Notes under the pieces: generated by a model
Seen by the model: the letters and a program-made list of their open reading frames with translations, nothing else
Told to the model about the DNA's origin: nothing
Databases searched by the model: none
Origin: a virus
Taxonomy: Duplodnaviria; Caudoviricetes
IMG/VR virus record: IMGVR_UViG_3300027971_004105
Length of the DNA: 64,000 nt
Direction: 5' to 3' (one strand)
Program-made: the position numbers and the translations under genes
Shown here: one piece after another, positions 28,825 to 37,939 of the stretch
How the letters are laid out: every line of letters starts with the position of its first letter
Numbering within the stretch: the first letter of the stretch is position 1

Positions 28825-29661
28825 ATGGATCCATACAAAGTTTTAGGTGTTGATCGCAACATCAACGAAAACGATTTGAAAAAAGCCTACAAGAGCAAGG
28901 CCATGAAACATCATCCTGACAGAGGTGGTGATGAAAACAAATTTAAAGAACTAAACGAAGCCTACGACATACTGAAAGATCCACAAAAAAAAGCTGCCTA
29001 TGACAGATACGGCACTGCAGATCCCAATCAAATGAATTCACAAAATTTTAATTTTAATGGTGATATCAATGATGTGTTCAACACATTCTTTGGTGGTGGT
29101 TTCAATAGAGCAAACAGTGCGAGACACAGACCTCGCAACGCCGACATAAACATAGAAGCCACATTGGATTTAGTAGATGTGCAAAATGGAAAATCCTTAA
29201 TTGCCAGTTATAGATTACCCAACGGTCGACAGGAGAGTGTGAACATTGACATTCCGCCAGGAGTGGAACACAACAACATGATCAAATTTAATGGTTTGGG
29301 TTCTGATTCAGTGAGCAATGCTCCCAGAGGAGATTTGATTGTGAGAGTAAAAATTCTAAGACATAAAACATGGGAAAGAGATGGCCCTCATCTACTCACA
29401 AGAATAAAAGTCAATATATTGGATTTGATATTGGGCACAAAGGAAGAAATACACACACTGTCTGGCAAGAACCTTTCAATCAGCATACCCAAAGGCACTC
29501 AGAACGGCACAGTGTTCAATGTCACAGGAGAAGGATTGCCCAATGTGCATAATCCTAGACAGAAAGGCAACATCTATGTCACAGTGCAGGCAGATACGCC
29601 ACGAGTGGATGACGCAGAATTATTACAAAAAATAAAAAATTTAAAAGATGAACTTAATTAA
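28825..29661 (+). CDS. dnaJ: DnaJ/CbpA-type co-chaperone (no Zn finger)
   Basis: DPYKVLGV, HHPDRGG (HPD), G/F linker, C-terminal GEGLP...GNIYV. Confidence 0.92.
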   Translation: MDPYKVLGVDRNINENDLKKAYKSKAMKHHPDRGGDENKFKELNEAYDILKDPQKKAAYDRYGTADPNQMNSQNFNFNGDINDVFNTFFGGGFNRANSARHRPRNADINIEATLDLVDVQNGKSLIASYRLPNGRQESVNIDIPPGVEHNNMIKFNGLGSDSVSNAPRGDLIVRVKILRHKTWERDGPHLLTRIKVNILDLILGTKEEIHTLSGKNLSISIPKGTQNGTVFNVTGEGLPNVHNPRQKGNIYVTVQADTPRVDDAELLQKIKNLKDELN

Positions 29662-30142
29662 ATATCCTGATCAGAGACTGCAACAGACTGTAAAAGATTT
29701 TGATTTCAATTCTTTGGATGCTAAAAAAATAGAGCATGAGATGATTCAAACCATGCAAACAGAAATGGGCATTGGTCTGTCTGCCAATCAGGTTGGATTG
29801 GATGCCAAAATATTTGTGATGCAACCACACAGTGTGCTTGGAAAAACCAAACCATTTGCAGTGATAAATCCTGTGATACAGGAAGCTTCCACAGATTTGG
29901 TTCTGATGGAAGAAGGCTGTTTGAGCTTTCCAAAATTATATCTTAAAATACTCAGACCAAACACCATAGTGGTTAAATATATTGACAGTGATCAAAAAGA
30001 ATGTATAATAAAATTAGATAGAATAAATGCTAGAATTTTTTTACATGAATTTGATCATTTGTACGGTATCAACTTTATCGACAGAGTCAGCAAGTTAAAA
30101 TTAGATATGGCCCTTAAGAAACAACAGAGATTGCTAAAATAA
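29648..30142 (+). CDS. def: Peptide deformylase
   Basis: GIGLSANQVG, EGCLS, HEFDH. Confidence 0.93.
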   Translation: MNLIKYPDQRLQQTVKDFDFNSLDAKKIEHEMIQTMQTEMGIGLSANQVGLDAKIFVMQPHSVLGKTKPFAVINPVIQEASTDLVLMEEGCLSFPKLYLKILRPNTIVVKYIDSDQKECIIKLDRINARIFLHEFDHLYGINFIDRVSKLKLDMALKKQQRLLK

Positions 30143-30143
30143 T

Positions 30144-32402
30144 ATGGTAGAACCCAGCGACGAACTACAACGCATATTTGACAAAGCAGTAGAAAATGCT
30201 GCCAAACTCAAACATGAATACATCACAGTGGAACATCTGTTGTTCTCCATGCTGTGCTATGATAAATTTGTGAAAACTTTGTCTGACTTTGGCTCAGATG
30301 CTGAATCAATCAAAAAAAATCTTGAAAAATATCTTAAGGACAATCTAAAAGAGATTGAACTGTTGGAAGTGCCTGTAAAATTCAAACCCAAAAAGACTGT
30401 GGCTGTGGAGCGAGTGCTCAACAGAGCATTCACACAGGTGTTGTTCAGTGGTCGTCAACAGATTGAACTGACTGATGTATTTTTAAGCATGATGAGTGAA
30501 AAGAAGAGCTGGAGTTATTATTACATTGCCAAAAGCAACATCAGCAAAGACAAATTTGCTGATTTTTTAAACAGTGAATTAGAAACTGACTATGAAGCAG
30601 AAGAAAACAGTTCTGCCACTCAAAGAGCATTGAATCTATACACCACAAATTTGAACGCAGAAGCAAAAAAAGAAAAAATAGATCCCGTGATAGGTCGACA
30701 TGCTGAGTTGGACCAAATTGCATTGGCTTTGGGTCGTAGAATGAAAAACAATGTGATATTAGTGGGTGATCCAGGAGTGGGTAAAACTGCCATAGCAGAA
30801 GGATTGGCATTGAACATTGTGACCAATAAGGTTCCAGACTTTTTAAAAGAGTATCAGGTGTATAATTTAGACATTGGTGCTATGTTGGCTGGTAGCAAAT
30901 ACAGAGGAGACTTTGAAGAAAGATTCAAAATGGTGTTGCAAGCACTAAAGAAAAAAGGCAAAACCATTGTGTTCATAGACGAAGCACACAATATCAGCGG
31001 AGCAGGAGCAGGTGGTGGAGACAAAGGATCCAATGATTTAGCAAATTTATTAAAACCAGTGCTGACCAAAGGCACACTAAAAGTTGTGGCCAGTACCACT
31101 TGGGAAGAATACAGAAAATACTTTGAAAAAGATCGTGCTCTTATGAGAAGATTCCAAAGAATCACTGTGGATGAGCCCAGTCAATCAGTGGCCATAGACA
31201 TATTGAAAGGTCTTAAAAAATATTATGAAAATTATCACAAAGCTGAAATCACAGATGCAGCCATTGAAACAGCAGTAAAATTAAGTTGCAAATATCAAAC
31301 TGATAAGAAATTACCTGACAAGGCCATTGATTTAATAGATCTATCTGGCAGTAGATTCAATATCAGTCCCAAAGAAAATCGTAAGATTGATGTGGCTGAA
31401 GTAGAATTTGAATTAAGTAAACTGATCACCATGCCTGTGGAAAACATTCAACAGAGAGAGAACAGCAACTTGGTACATCTTGAAAAAAATTTAAAATCTG
31501 AAGTGTACGATCAGGATGAAGCTATTGACAATATTGTGGACAAAGTGTTCATTGCTCAAGCAGGATTGAAAGCAGAAAATAAACCCATAGGTTCATTTAT
31601 ATTCATGGGACCAACTGGATGTGGTAAAACAGAGACAGCCAAGCAACTCAGCAAACATTTGGGAGTAAAATTGATAAGATTTGACATGAGTGAATATCAA
31701 GAAAAACACAGTATCAGCAAACTGATTGGATCCCCTCCAGGTTATGTGGGCTATGAAGAAAATGCTGGATCATTGATTACAAAATTACAAGAATCACCCA
31801 ACTGTGTGTTACTGTTGGATGAAATAGAAAAAGCACATCCTGATATTTCACAAATATTGCTTCAGATTATGGATGAAGGCACAGTGACTGGCAGCAACGG
31901 CAAAGTAGCTGACTGCAGGAACATTATGTTGATATTAACCACCAATCTTGGTGCTGAACAGGCAGAAAAAGGCAGTATAGGTTTTGCTCAGTACATGGAT
32001 GAAGCATATTCTGACACAGCATTAAAAAAATTCTTCACGCCTGAATTTAGAAACAGATTGGATGCTGTGGTCACATTCAAAAAATTAGGCAAACCTACCA
32101 TGATCAAAATTGTGGGCAAATTCTTGACCGAATTAAAAAAATTCTTAACTGAAAAAAATATTCAAGTAACAGTGTCTGATGAAGCCATTGATTATCTTGT
32201 GGACAAAGGATTTGATCCTAAAATGGGTGCTAGACCCATGCAGAGAACCATTGACAGAGAAATTAAAAAACCATTGTCAAGAGAACTGCTGTTTGGTGCT
32301 TTAAAAAAGGGTGGAAAACTTGTGATCAATGCCAAAGACAATAAAATAGTATTAGAAGTGTCGAATTCGTCGCAGACCATAGAAATCGCCACAAACATCT
32401 AA
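30144..32402 (+). CDS. clpA: ClpA-like AAA+ unfoldase
   Basis: Clp-N domain, GDPGVGKT, KYRGDFEER, GPTGCGKT, FDMSEYQEKH, LIGSPPGYVG, LLDEIEKAH. Confidence 0.92.
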   Translation: MVEPSDELQRIFDKAVENAAKLKHEYITVEHLLFSMLCYDKFVKTLSDFGSDAESIKKNLEKYLKDNLKEIELLEVPVKFKPKKTVAVERVLNRAFTQVLFSGRQQIELTDVFLSMMSEKKSWSYYYIAKSNISKDKFADFLNSELETDYEAEENSSATQRALNLYTTNLNAEAKKEKIDPVIGRHAELDQIALALGRRMKNNVILVGDPGVGKTAIAEGLALNIVTNKVPDFLKEYQVYNLDIGAMLAGSKYRGDFEERFKMVLQALKKKGKTIVFIDEAHNISGAGAGGGDKGSNDLANLLKPVLTKGTLKVVASTTWEEYRKYFEKDRALMRRFQRITVDEPSQSVAIDILKGLKKYYENYHKAEITDAAIETAVKLSCKYQTDKKLPDKAIDLIDLSGSRFNISPKENRKIDVAEVEFELSKLITMPVENIQQRENSNLVHLEKNLKSEVYDQDEAIDNIVDKVFIAQAGLKAENKPIGSFIFMGPTGCGKTETAKQLSKHLGVKLIRFDMSEYQEKHSISKLIGSPPGYVGYEENAGSLITKLQESPNCVLLLDEIEKAHPDISQILLQIMDEGTVTGSNGKVADCRNIMLILTTNLGAEQAEKGSIGFAQYMDEAYSDTALKKFFTPEFRNRLDAVVTFKKLGKPTMIKIVGKFLTELKKFLTEKNIQVTVSDEAIDYLVDKGFDPKMGARPMQRTIDREIKKPLSRELLFGALKKGGKLVINAKDNKIVLEVSNSSQTIEIATNI

Positions 32403-32427
32403 CAGCATACAAGGACTAAATATACGT

Positions 32428-32790
32428 ATGCCAGCATACAGCGAAACAATATTAACAGCACAAAACCATCCCAATGACAGCACATCCACCACTGTCACAG
32501 GACAGCAATACAAAGGCGACGGATACTATGGTCGCAGTGATGGATTTCACACAGTGCAGTTGACTGTGACTGATTTTGTGGGTACCATAGTGATACAAGC
32601 CTCATTGGCCACTGAACCCACTGCCACAGATTGGTTTGATGTCACAGGCACTGCACACACCAGCACCAACAATGCTCATGCAAATGCTGATGGTAGTTTT
32701 TTTTATAATTTTACCGGTAATTTTGTGTGGATCAGAGCCAAAGTGGTGTACACAGCAGGCGATATAGCATCAATCAAACTGAATCACTAA
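32428..32790 (+). CDS. Virion structural protein
   Basis: CTAAATA 32416-22; T-rich beta protein. Confidence 0.55.
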   Translation: MPAYSETILTAQNHPNDSTSTTVTGQQYKGDGYYGRSDGFHTVQLTVTDFVGTIVIQASLATEPTATDWFDVTGTAHTSTNNAHANADGSFFYNFTGNFVWIRAKVVYTAGDIASIKLNH

Positions 32791-32791
32791 T

Positions 32792-33379
32792 ATGCAACAT
32801 TTTTTCAGCATCATAGGCAAAGACATCAATCCAGAATCATTGTTGAACACAGCAATGAGCGAGAGCGCTATTGGATTGTTGGAAGACCAAACCACATATG
32901 AGATTTTTGAGGATGAAGATGACAATCAGGTATTGCGAGTGGAACTGCACAGATCATTGGATTCGACTGAAGCAGATGAATTGGCAGAAAGTTTAAACGA
33001 AAAACTGAAAGCCATGGGATTGAATGAATTTGACATTGAAATCAGCACTGACGAAACATTGGATGAAGAAACACTGGAAGGTGACGATTTTCATTCAGCC
33101 TATGATGTGATGTGGTTCAATGAAGATGAAAATTTAGATGAAGCAGAATACAGAGGACGCAAAGTGCCTTTGGGTAAACCCATGCAGGGAGACGTAAAAA
33201 AGTTTAAAGTGTATGTGCGAAAACCCAACGGCAATGTGGTCAAAGTGAACTTTGGTGATCCCAACATGAGAATTAGAAAATCCAATCCAGCAAGACGTAG
33301 AAGTTTTAGAGCAAGACACAACTGTGCTAACCCAGGTCCAAGAACAAAGGCCCGTTATTGGAGTTGTCGCAAATGGTAA
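32792..33379 (+). CDS. Bipartite protein: acidic N-part plus very basic C-terminal module
   Basis: D/E-rich up to DENLDE, then AEYRGRK...RRRSFRARHNC...RYWSCRKW. Confidence 0.6.
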   Translation: MQHFFSIIGKDINPESLLNTAMSESAIGLLEDQTTYEIFEDEDDNQVLRVELHRSLDSTEADELAESLNEKLKAMGLNEFDIEISTDETLDEETLEGDDFHSAYDVMWFNEDENLDEAEYRGRKVPLGKPMQGDVKKFKVYVRKPNGNVVKVNFGDPNMRIRKSNPARRRSFRARHNCANPGPRTKARYWSCRKW

Positions 33380-33564
33380 AAATTACAGATTACAAAACTC
33401 ATAAAAAAACTATCTCCAAGGAAGATCAAGAAGTATTCGATTGGATTGGACAGCAATTACAAGATGTTTATGATGGCAAGAATGTATATCTTTCAGATGA
33501 GTCAGTGGAGAAAGATAAACAAGCATGGTTAAAAACACAAATCACAACAGAGGAGATCAAATAA
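33373..33564 (+). CDS. Small hypothetical protein
   Basis: Start reassigned to MVKITDYK. Confidence 0.55.
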   Translation: MVKITDYKTHKKTISKEDQEVFDWIGQQLQDVYDGKNVYLSDESVEKDKQAWLKTQITTEEIK

Positions 33565-33565
33565 C

Positions 33566-33841
33566 ATGTGGGAAATGATTGAAAGAATGGTAGGAGATCG
33601 TCTGTGGATATACACAGGCATAATGGGTTCAATATTTGGTGCATTGTTTCTGACCTATATCAAAGACACTCGCATTGGCTTATGGGTGTACAGCAAGTGG
33701 GACGGAGCCATTGATTTCTTGCGTGATAGATATGGTTGGACTTGGTTAAATCAAGATCCAGATGCTTGGAAAAAATCAAATCCTGGTGCGGCCAAAAAGA
33801 TAGACGAATTAGAAGCAAGAATTAAAAGATTGGAAAAATAA
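33566..33841 (+). CDS. Small membrane protein
   Basis: TM segment LWIYTGIMGSIFGALFL; SD AGGAG. Confidence 0.6.
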   Translation: MWEMIERMVGDRLWIYTGIMGSIFGALFLTYIKDTRIGLWVYSKWDGAIDFLRDRYGWTWLNQDPDAWKKSNPGAAKKIDELEARIKRLEK

Positions 33842-33843
33842 TC

Positions 33844-34170
33844 ATGGTCAAGATGAAAGATTTCACAGCAATTACCAGAGACAACATGGGATATGATGTG
33901 GTAGAGGACATATATCAATTCATGTTGAATGACAGTGTTTTTTTTAGGAAACATTTCTTTCCAGTGGCCAAACAAGTCACAGACAATCATATGATTGAAA
34001 AAGATGTCAACATGTGGAGCAATTGTGTGGAAAATGCCATCCAAGAATATTTTAAAAAATTTAAAATCAAAGCCAAACCAGAAAAAATAATCAATGCAGA
34101 TGATCGCGTGAATCTTGTGGGCAAGATTACCAAAGGGTTGGCACAACATCCGGTCAAGAATGCACAATGA
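33844..34170 (+). CDS. Hypothetical protein
   Basis: 108 aa, coupled. Confidence 0.55.
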   Translation: MVKMKDFTAITRDNMGYDVVEDIYQFMLNDSVFFRKHFFPVAKQVTDNHMIEKDVNMWSNCVENAIQEYFKKFKIKAKPEKIINADDRVNLVGKITKGLAQHPVKNAQ

Positions 34171-34733
34171 GACTCATAGAAATAAGTCAGCCAGCGCCTA
34201 AAATTGCCGCATTTGCTTACGGCAGAATGAATCCACCCACCACAGGTCATAAAAAATTAGTGGATACCATTGCGTCTCAGCCAGGAGATCATTTTTTATT
34301 TTTAACACACACTCAAGATGCCAAAACAAATCCTTTGAGTTTTGAAGACAAAGTGCTGTATGCTCAAAAAATGTTCCCCACAGTCACAGTGGGAGATGCA
34401 GGAGTTAAAACCATCATTGATGCCATGAAGAAATTACAAGGCATGGGCTACCGAGATATCATATATGTGGCAGGTTCAGACAGAGTACAACAATTTGATC
34501 AATTGCTGAGCAAATACAATGGCAAAGATTATCAGTTTGACAGTATTAGAACTGTGAATGCTGGCATGAGAGATCCAGATGCCGAAGGTGCTGCAGGTGT
34601 GAGTGCCAGCAAAGCCCGTGAATATGCTGTGCAAGGTGCTAGACGCAGCTTTTTAAGCACCATTCCCGCAGATGAAAAAATTGGCAACGAGATATATCAA
34701 AAAATACGTCAAAACCTAAAGCAAACAGCATAA
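34167..34733 (+). CDS. HIGH-superfamily nucleotidyltransferase (cytidylyltransferase/NMNAT-like) with leader MRLIEIS
   Basis: YGRMNPPTTGH (HxGH variant), NPLSFEDK, VAGSDR, VSASK. Confidence 0.75.
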   Translation: MRLIEISQPAPKIAAFAYGRMNPPTTGHKKLVDTIASQPGDHFLFLTHTQDAKTNPLSFEDKVLYAQKMFPTVTVGDAGVKTIIDAMKKLQGMGYRDIIYVAGSDRVQQFDQLLSKYNGKDYQFDSIRTVNAGMRDPDAEGAAGVSASKAREYAVQGARRSFLSTIPADEKIGNEIYQKIRQNLKQTA

Positions 34734-34740
34734 ATATTGT

Positions 34741-34959
34741 ATGAACGAGATTGATAAATTAAAAAAACTGGCAGGCATAGACACTCTTTCACACACAATG
34801 CCATCAGTGGAAAATATCAGTCACACAGCACAGGCATTAAAAGACAAAGAAAAAAAATTAGGCTTGAAACCAGGTGATCCAGATTGGTTCAAACTGTGGT
34901 TCAGTCTGCCACACATGACTGGTTCAGTAGACAGTAAATTTAGAGGAAGAAAGAAATGA
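34741..34959 (+). CDS. Small late protein
   Basis: ATAAATA 34730-36; MNEIDKLKKLAGI. Confidence 0.6.
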   Translation: MNEIDKLKKLAGIDTLSHTMPSVENISHTAQALKDKEKKLGLKPGDPDWFKLWFSLPHMTGSVDSKFRGRKK

Positions 34960-35825
34960 AGCTAAGACACATCATCAACGAAATGGGTTCTAGAATGCCA
35001 TCATCTATGGTAAAAACTAAATCTAAACTGGACATGATGAATCCAGATGAGATTAGAGCGTTCTTTAAAAATAGAGAAGATTTTGCAGCACAACACAGAG
35101 GCGGAAAGATAGCACCAGGATTTTCAGCCAAAGAATTAGCACAGAGACAGGAGTTCAGCTATGGCAGAGAATTTGCCAAAGGTCGTCCTTACTCTAAACA
35201 TTTTGAAAGCACAGAATTAGACGAAGGTTTAAAAGATTGGTTACAAAAAATGGCTGTGGCTGGAATTATTGTGGGCAGTGTGGCAGGCATAGGTTCCATC
35301 AATAATGCCATCAATAATAATGTGCCAGTGATACAAGCCATGAACAAAGCATTAGATGTTGCTAATCAAAAAGGCGACAAACAATTGATACAGAACATAA
35401 AACAAGATATTGATGTGGCTAAAATAAGTTTGGATTCAGGCAAAGATTTGAATACTGTAAAGCAATTACAAGATAGATATGCAAAATTTATGCCAGCTGA
35501 TTATAAACCTTCTACTCCTAAGACAGTGGGCGAAGAAGTGTCTAAAACAGACACACTGACCATAGACATACCTATGTTTATTAGATTGATGGAATATGCC
35601 AGAGAAGATGCCAAGACTGATATGGATCTACACAATGTTACCACAAATTTATTAAAGATCAAAGACAAAACTATCAGCATGGCTGATTATGATCAAGTGG
35701 TTCAGTCCACAGATGTTGACACTGCTGACGAAAGTTTCAAAGATAAAATTGCTAAAAAAATTGTTCAACCCATAAAAGATTACAACAAAGACAAAGATAA
35801 AGAGCAAGAACCAAAAAAATCTTAA
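34956..35825 (+). CDS. Multi-module putative internal head protein (leader MKLRHIINE)
   Basis: Segments separated by E-rich junctions (ELDE, VGEE, TADE); hydrophobic stretch MAVAGIIVGSVAGIGSI. Confidence 0.55.
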   Translation: MKLRHIINEMGSRMPSSMVKTKSKLDMMNPDEIRAFFKNREDFAAQHRGGKIAPGFSAKELAQRQEFSYGREFAKGRPYSKHFESTELDEGLKDWLQKMAVAGIIVGSVAGIGSINNAINNNVPVIQAMNKALDVANQKGDKQLIQNIKQDIDVAKISLDSGKDLNTVKQLQDRYAKFMPADYKPSTPKTVGEEVSKTDTLTIDIPMFIRLMEYAREDAKTDMDLHNVTTNLLKIKDKTISMADYDQVVQSTDVDTADESFKDKIAKKIVQPIKDYNKDKDKEQEPKKS

Positions 35826-35829
35826 TCAT

Positions 35830-35991
35830 ATGATCAAAGAAAAACCATACTGTGTCAACTGCGGTGGGTCAACTCATTGTGGTAAAACTTTCAAAAGAAA
35901 AGAGAGCGAAACTGTCAATAACAAAGTCACACGTGAATGGACCATAGAAGTATGCCGCAATTGTTGTTGTTCAAAATGTGACAAAGAGTAA
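35830..35991 (+). CDS. 53-aa Cys-rich putative zinc-binding protein (not in the ORF track)
   Basis: MIKEKPYCVNCGGSTHCGKT...VCRNCCCSKCDKE; stop overlaps the next ATG. Confidence 0.6.
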   Translation: MIKEKPYCVNCGGSTHCGKTFKRKESETVNNKVTREWTIEVCRNCCCSKCDKE

Positions 35992-36710
35992 TGAAAATAG
36001 CCGAAATCACACATACCAAAATAACACTTGATTTGCACAACGAAAAGTTGTATAATAATACTTGCATGACAGAACAAAATCAAGTGAGACCCACTGTGTA
36101 TTTGGACATGGATGGTGTGATTGCTGACTTTTTTGGTGGAGTGGAGAAATTGTACGGTGTGGATCACTGGAAACAATTGACTTCTGACAAAACCAAAGAT
36201 CTCAAACAAGAAGTGATAGACAGAATAGCCGGCACAGATTTCTTTGCTAATCTGCCTAAATTTCCCACAACTGACACACTGATTGAAATGATTAAAAAAT
36301 TCACTGGTGGAAAATACAGCATACTAACATCTCCATTGAGAGGTGACACTGAAAACAGTGGATATTACAAAAAGATTTGGATAGGTAAAAACATAGTCAA
36401 GCCTGATGAGATTATTGTTACAGGCAGCAAAGAAGGTTGGGCCACAAAGAATGGTGTGAGCAACATATTGATTGACGATAGACCTATCAATATTGAAAAG
36501 TGGCGTGCCAAAGGTGGATATGGCATACTGTATCAAGCCAACAAAGATCCATTGAGCAAAGTCACACAAGCATTTGAAAATTATCATAAAAAACAATTGG
36601 AACCTGTGGAAGATGCAGCAGGCGTGGGCATCATTACCAAACAAAATACCACTCGAGATGTCAAACCAGGTGAGATCCGCAGACAAGCAAAAAAATTAAA
36701 ACTGGTTTAA
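35991..36710 (+). CDS. HAD-family 5'(3')-deoxyribonucleotidase-like protein with leader MKIAEIT
   Basis: VYLDMDGVIADF, ILTSP, LIDDRPINI..W...GG.GI. Confidence 0.78.
   Translation: MKIAEITHTKITLDLHNEKLYNNTCMTEQNQVRPTVYLDMDGVIADFFGGVEKLYGVDHWKQLTSDKTKDLKQEVIDRIAGTDFFANLPKFPTTDTLIEMIKKFTGGKYSILTSPLRGDTENSGYYKKIWIGKNIVKPDEIIVTGSKEGWATKNGVSNILIDDRPINIEKWRAKGGYGILYQANKDPLSKVTQAFENYHKKQLEPVEDAAGVGIITKQNTTRDVKPGEIRRQAKKLKLV
36028..36056 (+). promoter_or_regulatory. Internal sigma70-like promoter inside the leader-coding region
   Basis: TTGATT 36028-33, 17 nt, TATAAT 36051-56; in-frame ATG at 36066. Confidence 0.7.
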
Positions 36711-36714
36711 TACC

Positions 36715-36918
36715 ATGAAGATTCGTGAAGTAACAGAAAATTTTGCAGATGGCAAAGGTCCAGGCAAACCAGGTGACAGCAAGCGAGCAGGCATACCCAA
36801 AGGTGCTACCATCACACAATTAAAAAAGATACGCAGTTCTAAAACAGCATCCGCACGCAAGAAACAACTGGCACACTGGCAAATAAACATGCGCCAAGGT
36901 CGCAAACGCACTAAATAA
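36715..36918 (+). CDS. Small basic putative internal head protein
   Basis: MKIREVTE then NFADGKGPGKPG...; K/R-rich. Confidence 0.65.
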   Translation: MKIREVTENFADGKGPGKPGDSKRAGIPKGATITQLKKIRSSKTASARKKQLAHWQINMRQGRKRTK

Positions 36919-36925
36919 TAGTGCT

Positions 36926-37105
36926 ATGAAAATCAACGAAATTTTTAATTGTTCACTGTGTGGTAATCCCAGTTATCTAACACTGTCTGAATCTGAAAAA
37001 CAAAAAGGTGTGGACGGCAAAGTGTGTTGGAAAGGCTACAAACGCATGGGCACCAAAATGAAAGGTGGCAAACGTGTAGATAATTGTGTGCCATCAGGCA
37101 AATAG
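36926..37105 (+). CDS. 59-aa putative internal head protein (not in the ORF track)
   Basis: MKINEIFNCSLCG...SESEKQKGVDGKVCWKGYKRMGTKMKGGKRVDNCVPSGK; CTAAATA 36911-17. Confidence 0.65.
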   Translation: MKINEIFNCSLCGNPSYLTLSESEKQKGVDGKVCWKGYKRMGTKMKGGKRVDNCVPSGK

Positions 37106-37297
37106 ATGAAAATCAAAGAAATTACCGAATCCCGAGCAGATTATCATTACGGCATTGATCCAGCACAGTTGAGCTACACATTCAAAGTGGGCGATATATA
37201 CGGTCCAAAAAATCTCAAAGTACCACACGCAAGACTGTACAAAGGTGGCAAAGCAGTGAAAAAGCTGGGCATCACTGTGCCCAAAGTTCACAAATAA
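37106..37297 (+). CDS. Small putative internal head protein
   Basis: MKIKEITE leader. Confidence 0.62.
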   Translation: MKIKEITESRADYHYGIDPAQLSYTFKVGDIYGPKNLKVPHARLYKGGKAVKKLGITVPKVHK

Positions 37298-37335
37298 TCC
37301 CAAACACCACATAAATACAGCATAGGCGAAACACA

Positions 37336-37536
37336 ATGAAAATAAGAGACATCATAAGAGAAGTGGCATCTGTAGGATCCACATCTGCGGGCAATATTGC
37401 CAGCATAGCCAATCCACACGTGACCAATCCTTATGCTCACAAAAGTGCCAAAGCCAAACCCAAAAAACAAAAACCCACTGATAATGCACTGGACATGAAA
37501 AACGTCAGCATATTCGGCGGCCCATTAAAAAGATAA
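37336..37536 (+). CDS. Small putative internal head protein
   Basis: MKIRDIIRE leader; ATAAATA 37311-17. Confidence 0.62.
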   Translation: MKIRDIIREVASVGSTSAGNIASIANPHVTNPYAHKSAKAKPKKQKPTDNALDMKNVSIFGGPLKR

Positions 37537-37544
37537 ATACTCAT

Positions 37545-37922
37545 ATGAAATACAAACAGATCAAAGAAGGTTTAGGAGATGCAGCTCACAAAGCTGAGTT
37601 GGATCACGAAGTTCAAATGGCTCGTGCTGACCTATACAAGTTGGCCAAATACAGCATCAAACTGCATGAGTTGTTAAAGAACGTTTCGGAAGCAGAAGGT
37701 CTGGAAGGTTGGGTTCAAGCCAAGATCACTAAAGCTGCTGATTACATCAGTTCTGTGTATCATTACATGGATTATGATGAAAAATTTGATCAAGCTGAAA
37801 TTGACAGCATACCTGTGCAAGACATTGCGAAACAATCCGATGGCAAAATAGAAACCTACGAAGAGATTCTTTTTAAAATCTTAAATAAAAAAGTCACAGA
37901 GAAGAAAAATAACAAAAAATAA
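37545..37922 (+). CDS. Putative internal head protein
   Basis: MKYKQIKE leader; ATAAATA 37533-39. Confidence 0.62.
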   Translation: MKYKQIKEGLGDAAHKAELDHEVQMARADLYKLAKYSIKLHELLKNVSEAEGLEGWVQAKITKAADYISSVYHYMDYDEKFDQAEIDSIPVQDIAKQSDGKIETYEEILFKILNKKVTEKKNNKK

Positions 37923-37939
37923 AAAATTGGAGTGCTGGA

